Shown here in pieces: positions 8,403 to 17,439 of a DNA stretch of 32,000 nt. Each line of letters begins with the position of its first letter. Positions within the stretch are counted from its first letter, which is position 1. Source of the DNA: an uncultured Lentisphaeria bacterium (GTDB lineage Bacteria; Verrucomicrobiota; Lentisphaeria; JABSQK01; JAJFLO01); assembly GCA_951812855.1 (NCBI GenBank), contig OX638337.1, forward strand, positions 660,001 to 692,000, read 5' to 3'. Both the position numbers and the translations under genes were made by a program. Under the pieces are notes generated by a model. It ran no database searches. It worked only from the letters and a program-made list of their open reading frames with translations, and had not been told where the DNA came from.

Positions 8403-9194
8403 ATGGCTGAATACGAAAATCATTTATATGCAATTATTTTCCCGAACCAGGGCCTGATCACATCACAATTAGGTCCCGGAGAATTTGGAAAACATTATGC
8501 AGTTGGAAGTTCTAAACATTTCGACGGGAAAGTTGTCTTTGTTGAAATTGACAAAAATTTGGAAGACGGATTCTTTCCATTAAATGAAATCTGGAAACAC
8601 GTTGTACCCCACGAAGACGGGACACCAAAACGAACAAAATTTGCCGGCAATTATCGAGTCCTCGAAAATATTCCTCTGGATAAATTTAAAGACATGTATC
8701 TGGTTACGGTTGAAGGAAAGACTCTAAAACTCAGTCGATCGAAATACACCATTGACAATGAAAAGGGATTAATCCGGGTTTATCAAATGCTGAATCCAAT
8801 TCAAATGCTGGTTGGAAGTCGACTGGATCAACGGAACTTTGGCGAATATTTTACTCGGGAAAATACGACCAAAGGCTGCCCGACGTTGTGCTACACACAA
8901 GTCAGTCTTGATGTTGCTGAGTTTGAACGAATATACGAAAATGATGAAACCAATTATTTAGTTCTTCCTAATATTCCGAACAATAAGCTGAAGGAATGCA
9001 TTGAGGAAATGAAAATGAATCCAGAAAAAAAGAGTACGACGATTAGTCTGGCCTCTATTTTTCAGGATCTCCATTTTCTAAAATTACGACATGGATTCTG
9101 GATTGCCAGCGGCAATGATCTCATTTTTTATCCGCTTCCCGGTATCAATGAGTTGGAAAACGAATTTTACGACTGGTACCGTTCGACTTTTTAA
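8403..9194 (+). CDS. hypothetical soluble protein (263 aa), no family recognised
   Basis: Intact ORF with GAGG 7 nt upstream of the ATG and coding-like composition. No TM segment, P-loop or metal motif that I can identify. Confidence 0.65.
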   Translation: MAEYENHLYAIIFPNQGLITSQLGPGEFGKHYAVGSSKHFDGKVVFVEIDKNLEDGFFPLNEIWKHVVPHEDGTPKRTKFAGNYRVLENIPLDKFKDMYLVTVEGKTLKLSRSKYTIDNEKGLIRVYQMLNPIQMLVGSRLDQRNFGEYFTRENTTKGCPTLCYTQVSLDVAEFERIYENDETNYLVLPNIPNNKLKECIEEMKMNPEKKSTTISLASIFQDLHFLKLRHGFWIASGNDLIFYPLPGINELENEFYDWYRSTF

Positions 9195-9348
9195 GTATCA
9201 GATCATTAAATTCCGTTTTCCCGGCGTAAGTGTTACTATCTAATTTTTGAATTTCCTCCTGCGGATCATTTGCATTCTATAAATCATAGATTTATGCTTC
9301 TGCTTTTTCTTAAAAAACCGCTTTCTATTTTACGGAGGATTTTTCAAT

Positions 9349-10527
9349 ATGAGCAAAGGTAATCTCGTAGTAGGACAATCCGGCGGCGCCACTGCTGTCA
9401 TTAATCAAACTCTTGTTGGAATTATCCGGCAGGCACAGGCTGAAGAAAAGATCAATCGAATTTTAGGAATGCGATTCGGCATACTTGGATTAATCGAAAA
9501 AAATTTTGTTGATCTTACAGATATGACAGAAGAACAGTTGCTGCAATTAGAACAAACCCCATCAGCAGCACTATGTTCCTGCAGGTACAAATTGCAAGAT
9601 TCAGAAAATGATACCTTACTTGATGCAATCGAAAAAAATGGGATAAATTATTTTACATTGATCGGCGGCAATGATTCTGCAGAGACTGCCTTACACATTT
9701 CAAAACTTGCACAAGCACGCAATATTGATCTTTCCGCTGTTGCACTGCCAAAAACAATCGACAATGATCTCCCTTGTATGGACCACACCCCCGGATATGG
9801 AAGTGTCGCCACATTTATCGGAGCATCAACTCAGGAAGCAGGCCGGGATACTGAAGCAATGCAGCAGGCTGATCCAATAAAAATCATTGAAGTTAAAGGA
9901 CGTAATTCAGGTTGGACAGTTGCCTCATCGGCATTGGGAAAACGAAGTAAATTTGATGCACCTCATTTGATTTATTTTCCAGAACGTCCCTTTGATGAAG
10001 ACACCTTTGTTGAGGATGTCACCAAAGTTTATAAGGACATTGGATATTGTGTTATTGTTATAGCTGAAACCTTAAAAGACAAAACCGGACGATTAGTCGG
10101 TGAACGTAAAGAAGGAATTACCAGGGATCCCTTCGGTCATGCCTATGTAGACAGTGCAGCAGCCTGTTTATGCCGTTTAATTGAAGGTAAATTGGGTGTC
10201 CGTGCACGATATGACAAGCCGGGGACACTGCAAAACAGCTCAATTCGATATATTTCACCCGTGGATCAAGCCGAAGCACAGATGTGTGGAAAAAAGGCTG
10301 TCAGCCTTGCAGCCGGTGGAAAAACAGATGTTATTGTAACATTAGAACGCGAATCAGATAATCCTTACAAATGTACAACCGGTTACGTTCCCATCGAAAA
10401 AATTGCAGGTATCGAAAAATATATGCCTGAAAATTATATCAATGAAGCCGGGAACTTTATCACCCAGGATTATATTGACTATGCAAAACCTTTAATTGGA
10501 AAAATTCCCGAATTTATTCGGCTTTAA
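9349..10527 (+). CDS. pfp: 6-phosphofructokinase family enzyme, probably diphosphate (PPi)-dependent
   Basis: GGAGGA SD. Matching segments are GQSGGATAVIN, GGNDS (Asp where ATP-PFKs have Gly in GGDGS), PKTIDNDL (Lys where E. coli PfkA has Gly) and MDHTPGYGS. Both classical phosphoryl-donor discriminator positions are the PPi type. Confidence 0.8.
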   Translation: MSKGNLVVGQSGGATAVINQTLVGIIRQAQAEEKINRILGMRFGILGLIEKNFVDLTDMTEEQLLQLEQTPSAALCSCRYKLQDSENDTLLDAIEKNGINYFTLIGGNDSAETALHISKLAQARNIDLSAVALPKTIDNDLPCMDHTPGYGSVATFIGASTQEAGRDTEAMQQADPIKIIEVKGRNSGWTVASSALGKRSKFDAPHLIYFPERPFDEDTFVEDVTKVYKDIGYCVIVIAETLKDKTGRLVGERKEGITRDPFGHAYVDSAAACLCRLIEGKLGVRARYDKPGTLQNSSIRYISPVDQAEAQMCGKKAVSLAAGGKTDVIVTLERESDNPYKCTTGYVPIEKIAGIEKYMPENYINEAGNFITQDYIDYAKPLIGKIPEFIRL

Positions 10528-10545
10528 ACACAGGAGATTACATAT

Positions 10546-13188
10546 ATGCCATCCGGATTCACTGATGAATTGGTTGAGATAGAACAACTCGCTGCAGACT
10601 GCCTGAATAATGATTCGGCCGATACAGGAACAGGACCCAATGTGAAATTTCTCGATAACGGCTATGTATTATGCCTGCCGAGAACAAAAGGTGACAGCCG
10701 CTATGTTTATGGTGACGATGGATTTAATTTCTGGATCCATGCCTCTGGATATATGTATGCAAATGAAGGATTGTATTCATTATTCATGCGTCGAAAAGAA
10801 GGTGATGAACCGGTAATATCCTTCTTTGCCGGTCTGCCGAATGAAGACGGCAAAACCTTCACCCGGATATCACTGCTGCCGGTACCAGTCATAGAAGAAT
10901 CTGATGTGTTAATTAAACGCCGTTATACCATTATGAACAATAGTGCGGCCTATTTTTTTACCGAATTCAGTTCAATTAAAAGTGTTGTTCGGATCTCTGT
11001 TGACAAAGCAAATAAAATGATCTTCTCTGTTCATATTGAAAACAAAGGTAATGAAACTGTGTCTATATACACCTCGAGTTACTTCAAACCGTTTTGCAGA
11101 TATGATATTTACGAAAGCGATGAAGACCGTTGGTTCAGCGAAACTATTCTGAATAATTCAGCCGACAATAATGGAGATTTTGCTGCCGGCACCCTGGAGG
11201 TTGCACAAGATGAAGACCGGTTTCATTCGAATACCTACTATGCAGTGTTACGTGGAAAATATACACCGGGGAAAGGGATTCAATTCGTTAATCGGGATAC
11301 AAACACATCACGTCAGAATTTTGTTGGAAACAGCCAACGAAATTTGGGAACGAGCATCGCCTTGAAACGGGGTAAGTTTTCAAAGGACAAATCACTTACA
11401 ACATTTACCGACATCGCAGTATTCAGTGATATAAATTCCTTCAATTTAGCTGAAAACACCGTGTTGCGCTTAGACTACACCTACCAGATTGCACCCGATA
11501 AAGAAACTCGGGATACGGTGGTCAAAACGCCTCTGAATCCCCGGGAAATCGATACAAATATTGCATCAACAACTGACAAAAACAAAACAATGTTGTCCAG
11601 CCTTAATGGAAACATTTCAGGACTGAACAACAGCTTAAATATTAATGAAAAATTTTTCAATGCATTTTTTGATCACTTAAAATACCAGGTATCCGTATGC
11701 GGTCTACTGAAAGGATACATGCAATTAGAACTTCGATCATTAATAGGTATCAGGGATGTTTTTCAGGCACTTGAGGCACTGCAGTATTATCGAACGGACG
11801 AAAGTAGAAATAAAATGATTGAAGCATTGGGTTTTACAATCCCTACCGGTCGATGCGTTCGTCAATATTCACTTCCTCCCGGGGGTTCACAGGCTGGACG
11901 GGCCGATTTACGCCCCTTCATTGACCAGGGAGTATGGGTTATTTCTACAATTCATTCTTATTTACAAAATACCGGTGACAAAGATTTTCTCGAAACTGAG
12001 GTTGGGTATCATGATATTATTGACGAAGGATCTGAAACCATTCTTCCGTCCGATAAGAGAGACAGCGTACTCATGCATATCTTCCGAATCATGGATTATC
12101 TGAATGAGAATCGTGATCACAGCAAAACAAAATTACTGCTTGCCCTTTACGGAGACTGGAATGATGCACTTGACGGTTTAGGCATTGCAAATGATCCAGA
12201 AAAAGATTATGGAACCGGAGTCAGTGTCATGACGACCCTTCAATATTATCAAAACTGCCTGGAAATGATTAAAATTCTAAACTCATTTTATCCGGGGAAG
12301 TATGAAGAAAAAATTAACCAATACCGGGAGACAGCTGATTCCATAGCAGAAAATCTGATAAAGTACGCGGTAATCAGTGATGAAGAGGGGAATAAACGAA
12401 TTGTTCATGGCTGGGGTGATGAACGTTCTTATTTTGTAGGCAGTTTTAATGATCCCGATGGCGTCGCCCGGGATGGTCTGACAAGCTATTCATTTTGGAT
12501 CATTTCAGAAATGTTAGAAAAAACTCCTGAACTGGAACAAACCATTTTAGATGCATTTGAGAGAATGCAGTCAAAATATGGATTAATGACATTTAATCCG
12601 GCATTTCCAAAGGGAACTGAAGGCGTCGGACGTATTCCAAAACTACCCCCGGGAACCGCCGAAAACGGTGCAGCTTACATACATGCAACATTGTTCGCAA
12701 TCTGGGCTTATTTTAAAATGGGCCAACCTCAAAAAGCATGGGATCAGATCGAAAAGATTTTACCATTCACCAATATTCATGACCGCTACACCCACTCCCC
12801 GTATGTTATGCCAAATTCTTATGTATACAATCCTGAAAAAGGACTGGATGGAGAATCAATGAATGATTGGCAGACGGGCAGTTCCAATGTTCTCTTAAAA
12901 ATCATGATCTGGTATGTATTCGGTTACCGCCCGGATTTTGACGGAATCTATATTCAGCCGGCATCCTGGACACCGTTTGAGGAATCAAATTTTTCGACCC
13001 GAAGCAGAGGAAAAGTCATTGAAATAGTCTATAAAAAAGAAAGCACTGCAGATAAAAGAGCCTTCTCCCTAAATGGACAAGATCCAATAACAGGTGACTA
13101 TTCCAGTGCATTGAAAACAAATTACTGTTTTATCCCATATGAAGAATTGAGTGACAAGAATACAATTATGGTTATTGATCCGGGTTAA
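10546..13188 (+). CDS. GH94-like (alpha/alpha)6 glycoside phosphorylase superfamily protein, substrate unknown
   Basis: 880 aa, AGGAG SD, 18 bp after pfp. It has LYGDWNDALDG (the DWND catalytic-Asp motif of cellobiose/chitobiose phosphorylase-type enzymes) and PGTAENGAAYIHAT (the ENGGxYxHA phosphate-binding His motif). The size fits N-terminal beta-sandwich + barrel + C-terminal jelly roll. Confidence 0.65.
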   Translation: MPSGFTDELVEIEQLAADCLNNDSADTGTGPNVKFLDNGYVLCLPRTKGDSRYVYGDDGFNFWIHASGYMYANEGLYSLFMRRKEGDEPVISFFAGLPNEDGKTFTRISLLPVPVIEESDVLIKRRYTIMNNSAAYFFTEFSSIKSVVRISVDKANKMIFSVHIENKGNETVSIYTSSYFKPFCRYDIYESDEDRWFSETILNNSADNNGDFAAGTLEVAQDEDRFHSNTYYAVLRGKYTPGKGIQFVNRDTNTSRQNFVGNSQRNLGTSIALKRGKFSKDKSLTTFTDIAVFSDINSFNLAENTVLRLDYTYQIAPDKETRDTVVKTPLNPREIDTNIASTTDKNKTMLSSLNGNISGLNNSLNINEKFFNAFFDHLKYQVSVCGLLKGYMQLELRSLIGIRDVFQALEALQYYRTDESRNKMIEALGFTIPTGRCVRQYSLPPGGSQAGRADLRPFIDQGVWVISTIHSYLQNTGDKDFLETEVGYHDIIDEGSETILPSDKRDSVLMHIFRIMDYLNENRDHSKTKLLLALYGDWNDALDGLGIANDPEKDYGTGVSVMTTLQYYQNCLEMIKILNSFYPGKYEEKINQYRETADSIAENLIKYAVISDEEGNKRIVHGWGDERSYFVGSFNDPDGVARDGLTSYSFWIISEMLEKTPELEQTILDAFERMQSKYGLMTFNPAFPKGTEGVGRIPKLPPGTAENGAAYIHATLFAIWAYFKMGQPQKAWDQIEKILPFTNIHDRYTHSPYVMPNSYVYNPEKGLDGESMNDWQTGSSNVLLKIMIWYVFGYRPDFDGIYIQPASWTPFEESNFSTRSRGKVIEIVYKKESTADKRAFSLNGQDPITGDYSSALKTNYCFIPYEELSDKNTIMVIDPG

Positions 13189-13286
13189 ATTAAGAATTCC
13201 ACTAATAATTATGCGGTAGAATACGACGAATCTCTGGAGATTTTATCTTTATACACACCTGAATTGAATCTATCAATTTATTTCTT

Positions 13287-13528
13287 ATGAAGAAGAAAAA
13301 ATGCCTTAGCGGAGTTTTACCGAATCCGGGTTTCAGCAGTTATTGGAATTAAATGGAATAACACCAGAATATTCAGAGTTTAAATCACTGTCATCGCAAC
13401 AGACATCAGATCAACTGATTTCCGGTGAACTCGACGCAGCATTCCTTATTACCTCACCAAATGCGAATACATTTAAGAATGTTACCTGTATTGATCAGCA
13501 ACAAAAGACCTGCCTGGAAAATGACTAA
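13287..13528 (+). pseudogene. decayed fragment of a TAXI/NMT1-like periplasmic solute-binding protein
   Basis: Two overlapping short frames. MKKKKCLSGVLPNPGFSSYWN* (13287-13352) and LELNGITPEYSEFKSLSSQQTSDQLISGELDAAFLITSPNANTFKN (13343-13528) together resemble the ...GxxGSGT...LLxxxGI...L..G.lDAaF... core of TAXI-type receptors. Only about 80 residues remain and they are frameshifted. Confidence 0.35.
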
Positions 13529-13600
13529 ACAGAAGGAACTATATCAGGTTATTTAACGACACAGACAACCCCTAGTCCTGCGATAACATAACAAAGATTG

Positions 13601-14566
13601 TTATTTTTCGTACAAAAAACAAGCGGCTTTTTGATGGGTGTTAATCGCTTTTAATACCGGTTTTTCAGCGATGCATTGCACAAACGACAATGGGCAGCGG
13701 TCGCTAAAATGACAGCCTTTAGGGAAATTCAACGGGGACGGGACTTGACCTTCAACTGCATTTAAGCGATCGGTATGTTTTGATAAAGATGGCATTGAAC
13801 TCAGCAAGGCCTTTGTATAGGGATGGGCAGGATTATTAAAAACGTCATTGACAGTACCTTCTTCGACGATATTTGACGCATACATTACAAGTACCCGATC
13901 ACACATTTCCCAAATCACTCCCATATCATGCGTTATTAGTAATAATGAGGTATCGTCATCTGTCATTTCCTCCATTAAATCAAATATCTGGGCCTGTATA
14001 GTTACATCTAAGGCAGTTGTCGGTTCATCTGCAATGATCAGTTTGGGACCTGGCAGTAACGCCATCGCAATCATAACTCGTTGACGCATACCTCCGGAAA
14101 GCTCAAATGGATAGGCATACATTCGTTTTTCCGGATCCGGGATACCAACTTTACTCAGCCATTCTTCACTTATTTTCCATGCATCCTTTTTTGAAATTTC
14201 CTGATGTAAAGTCAACATTTCTACCAATTGTTTCCCCACTCTGTGAAGCGGAGACAGTGCAGTCATGGGTTCCTGGAATATCATACTGATTTCTTCTCCC
14301 CTGATTTTATTTAAGTCATCAAATCCGAGTGACAGGATATCCTGATCTTGAAATAGAATCTCACCATTTTCAATTGTCCCGGCAGGTTCAGGAATTAAAC
14401 GCAATATGCTCATTGCAGTTATTGATTTCCCACAACCGGATTCGCCGACAAGCCCAAGGATTTCTCCTTTTTTAATTTCAAATGAAACATCATTTACAGC
14501 AGCGAGTTCACCTTCGTCTGTATGAAATTTCACCGTTAAGTTTTTTATTTCTAAAAGGTTATCCAT
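13601..14566 (-). CDS. peptide-type ABC transporter ATP-binding protein (OppD/DppD/YejF-like, single NBD)
   Basis: Walker A GESGCGKS, signature LSGGMRQRV, Walker B LIIADEPTTALD, H-loop ITHD. The C-terminal oligopeptide-type extension has HPYTKALL and a Cys cluster CHFSDRCP...C. Confidence 0.9.
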   Translation of the reverse strand: MDNLLEIKNLTVKFHTDEGELAAVNDVSFEIKKGEILGLVGESGCGKSITAMSILRLIPEPAGTIENGEILFQDQDILSLGFDDLNKIRGEEISMIFQEPMTALSPLHRVGKQLVEMLTLHQEISKKDAWKISEEWLSKVGIPDPEKRMYAYPFELSGGMRQRVMIAMALLPGPKLIIADEPTTALDVTIQAQIFDLMEEMTDDDTSLLLITHDMGVIWEMCDRVLVMYASNIVEEGTVNDVFNNPAHPYTKALLSSMPSLSKHTDRLNAVEGQVPSPLNFPKGCHFSDRCPLSFVQCIAEKPVLKAINTHQKAACFLYEK

Positions 14567-14632
14567 TGTTAACTGTCAATTCACAATTAATTTCAAACCC
14601 GACCGTAATGACACGTCGTGATTGATAGAAGA

Positions 14633-16225
14633 TTATCGTATCTTATTAAAATTTCCCGGATCAAAGGCATTGCGAACTCCCTCACCTATAAAAACACCAA
14701 GAAGCATTACAATAAACAATGCCAGAGATGGATAGAGAATCAACCACCATGCCCAACGATAAATTTGTGCCTGTGCCAGCATTTCTCCCCAGCTCGGGGT
14801 CGGCGGAGGCAGCCCAAATCCAAGATAATCAAGGGCCGCTAATGAACCAATCGCACCGACAAGTGAAAACGGCATAAAGGTAATTAACGGCACCAGCGAA
14901 TTTGGCAGAATATGTTTCAGAATTATTTTGATTGTCGGAATTCCCTGACATTGTGCAGCTTCAACAAATGACTGGCCTCGCAGTTTAAGGAATTCGGCTC
15001 TCATATAATAGGAAATTCCAATCCAATTGAAAATTCCGTAAATCAAAAGCAGTAGAATAAAGCTGCGGCCATAAATTGATCCGAGTAAAATCATAATATA
15101 TAAGAAGGGCAATGCACTCCAGATTTCGATAACGCGTTGTGTGATAATATCGATTTTCCCTCCGCAGTACCCTTGTACTGCACCAATGACAACACCAAGT
15201 GACATCGAAAAAAATACCAGTATAAGTCCAAAGGTCATGGATATCCTAAGCCCATATACAATCCGTGCCAGAACATCTCTGCCTGCACTGTCGATTCCTA
15301 ACCAGTGATTTTTAATTGGATTATAGGGCCAGCGAACATCTTTTTTATCAAACTGCACTTTATATTGACCGTCGTTGATATTTATAAAACTTGGATCTAC
15401 GGGATGATTAAATCTGTTTTTTACTATTCCTGAGAGAGCCTGTTTGTCAGACTCTGAGATCTTTTGCCAAAGATTTTCTTTATCACTACTCGTAATCCTA
15501 AGAGATGGGGAAAACGACACGCTGCCGGTGACGTGACCTGCCTGTGATGGAATCTCCCGAAACGTCAGCCGAACAGATTTTGGTGATTTCCGTCGTGCTC
15601 TAAAAGTCGATAATGATAATTCACATTTTACTTTCTTGTTTATCCGGTGTGTTGATATCTCTGAAACAGGATCTGATACCAAATTATTAAATCGATCTTC
15701 TATTGCCTGCTTTAATGGTTCTGTCAATTGCCAGTGAGATATCAGATTAAGATTTCTGACAGAGTCATTTTCAAGGTTGAAGAAAAAACCACAATTTTGT
15801 GATTTCACAATTGTATAATCCGGCAAAATGTTGACTGTGCCAGTCCGCGGCTGCTTAATGAAGTTGACATCAACGACATTTTTAATCTCCAGTGAATCTG
15901 GAGAAATTATTTCATTGGGCCCATACGGGATCGGGGGAAATATCATGAAATTTGACGGATCATCTTTAAACATCGGCAGCATATTAATCGCCTTATAATT
16001 CGGACGGGTAGATTTGCCACTGTCAGTAAATTCAGAATCAGGATAATAGTTATAAACCGGAAAGTAAGATTTATTCTTAAACCGTACGTAAACGGGCTTG
16101 TCATTACATAATAATTCCGAACCTAAACTTAAAATGTACAGAACAATCAAGATCCATAATGACACATACGATCGCTTGATTTTCTTAAATCGGTTAAATC
16201 GTTTTAAAGTAATTGGATTGAACAT
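14633..16225 (-). CDS. yejE: ABC transporter permease, YejE/OppC-like, with a large extra periplasmic insertion
   Basis: The N-terminus SYVSLWILIVLYILSLGSELLCNDKPVYVRF and the core HWLGIDSAGRDVLARIVYG...AAQCQGIP...GEGVRNAFDP match YejE. At 530 aa it is about 190 aa longer than E. coli YejE (341 aa, from memory). Confidence 0.85.
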   Translation of the reverse strand: MFNPITLKRFNRFKKIKRSYVSLWILIVLYILSLGSELLCNDKPVYVRFKNKSYFPVYNYYPDSEFTDSGKSTRPNYKAINMLPMFKDDPSNFMIFPPIPYGPNEIISPDSLEIKNVVDVNFIKQPRTGTVNILPDYTIVKSQNCGFFFNLENDSVRNLNLISHWQLTEPLKQAIEDRFNNLVSDPVSEISTHRINKKVKCELSLSTFRARRKSPKSVRLTFREIPSQAGHVTGSVSFSPSLRITSSDKENLWQKISESDKQALSGIVKNRFNHPVDPSFININDGQYKVQFDKKDVRWPYNPIKNHWLGIDSAGRDVLARIVYGLRISMTFGLILVFFSMSLGVVIGAVQGYCGGKIDIITQRVIEIWSALPFLYIMILLGSIYGRSFILLLLIYGIFNWIGISYYMRAEFLKLRGQSFVEAAQCQGIPTIKIILKHILPNSLVPLITFMPFSLVGAIGSLAALDYLGFGLPPPTPSWGEMLAQAQIYRWAWWLILYPSLALFIVMLLGVFIGEGVRNAFDPGNFNKIR

Positions 16226-16252
16226 AACGAATGGCTAATAAAAAATACGATT

Positions 16253-17287
16253 TCATTTAAAATTTATGCGCGGATCAATTAGGACATAACAAAAATCAGA
16301 AAGAATATTCCCTGCCAGAGTCAGAATTGATGTTAATGATAAAATCCCCATAAATACAGCGTAGTCCCGACCGACCATGGCATCCAGGCTTAACAGCCCC
16401 ATTCCCGGGATTTCAAATACTCTTTCGATGATGACAGATCCGACAAACATGATACTCAGTACACTGCCAAAACCTGTTGCTATAGGAATCATCGCATTAC
16501 GAAGGGCATGTCCCCAGACAGCCAGACTGAAACTTCCTCCTTTGGCAATAACTGTACGGATATAATCTTTACCTATCTCATCAAGTAGAGAATTTTTCAT
16601 TAATAACGTGAGAACAGCGAACTGACCGATCATATAGCATAAAACCGGTAAAAACATATGACTGAAAATGTCTTTGACTTTTCCAAAAAATGAAAGAGTA
16701 TGAAAATTATCAGAATAGAATCCCGCGATTGGAAAGATATCCCAGAATTGATCACTGGTTCCACAGAGAAGCATTTTCAACATCATACCAAATGCAAAAG
16801 CAGGGATTGCATAGCCGGAGAAAACAATTAAACTTGAGGAAAAATCAAATAACCCGCCATTTCGAACTGCCTTTACAATGCCGAGCGGGATACAGATCAA
16901 ATACGTTAAAACAAAGCTTGTAATACCAAATATCAAAGAAATCGGAAAACGTTCCTTTATAAGCTGCCAGGCAGTTTTATTCGGGAATTTATAGGATTCC
17001 ATTGACATGCCGATTCGATCGGTAATCAGCCATTTCCCATAACGTTGATACAGCGGCTTGTCGAAACCAAAATGAACCTTTAATTCTTCCAGATACTCTT
17101 CCGAAACTGTTGATGATACATTCGCTGCACCCGCCTCACCAATACCCATGCCTTTCATTTTCATAACCATTTGCTCCATGGGCCCGCCAGGTACAAACTG
17201 GCACAATGAAAAGCATATAAATGTAATTCCGATAAACGTTGGAAAAACAAGGAGAAGTCGTCGAATAAAATAGGTAAGGCGATCCAT
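16253..17287 (-). CDS. yejB: ABC transporter permease, YejB/OppB-like
   Basis: YFIRRLLLVFPTFIGITFICFSLCQFVPGGP, HFGFDKPLYQRY, LMKNSLLDEIGKDYIRTVIAKG and YVLIDPRINF are collinear with YejB. Confidence 0.9.
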   Translation of the reverse strand: MDRLTYFIRRLLLVFPTFIGITFICFSLCQFVPGGPMEQMVMKMKGMGIGEAGAANVSSTVSEEYLEELKVHFGFDKPLYQRYGKWLITDRIGMSMESYKFPNKTAWQLIKERFPISLIFGITSFVLTYLICIPLGIVKAVRNGGLFDFSSSLIVFSGYAIPAFAFGMMLKMLLCGTSDQFWDIFPIAGFYSDNFHTLSFFGKVKDIFSHMFLPVLCYMIGQFAVLTLLMKNSLLDEIGKDYIRTVIAKGGSFSLAVWGHALRNAMIPIATGFGSVLSIMFVGSVIIERVFEIPGMGLLSLDAMVGRDYAVFMGILSLTSILTLAGNILSDFCYVLIDPRINFK

Positions 17288-17439
17288 TTAATAAAATCCG
17301 AATTCCATTAAGTTATCGACTCTCGTCAGAGTTAAATTTGAGGTTTCGAAATAAAACCAGAACTTCCAAACCTTATTCGAAAATTTAGAGAGATAAAAAC
17401 AGCATATACTGAACATAATAGACAATTCAAAAAAATTAT

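Noticed and set aside
13343-13528. 61-aa track ORF as a genuine stand-alone gene
   Set aside because: It uses a TTG start and has no SD. The sequence corresponds to an internal piece of a much larger binding-protein family, and the preceding segment is in another frame. I interpret it as a pseudogene fragment.
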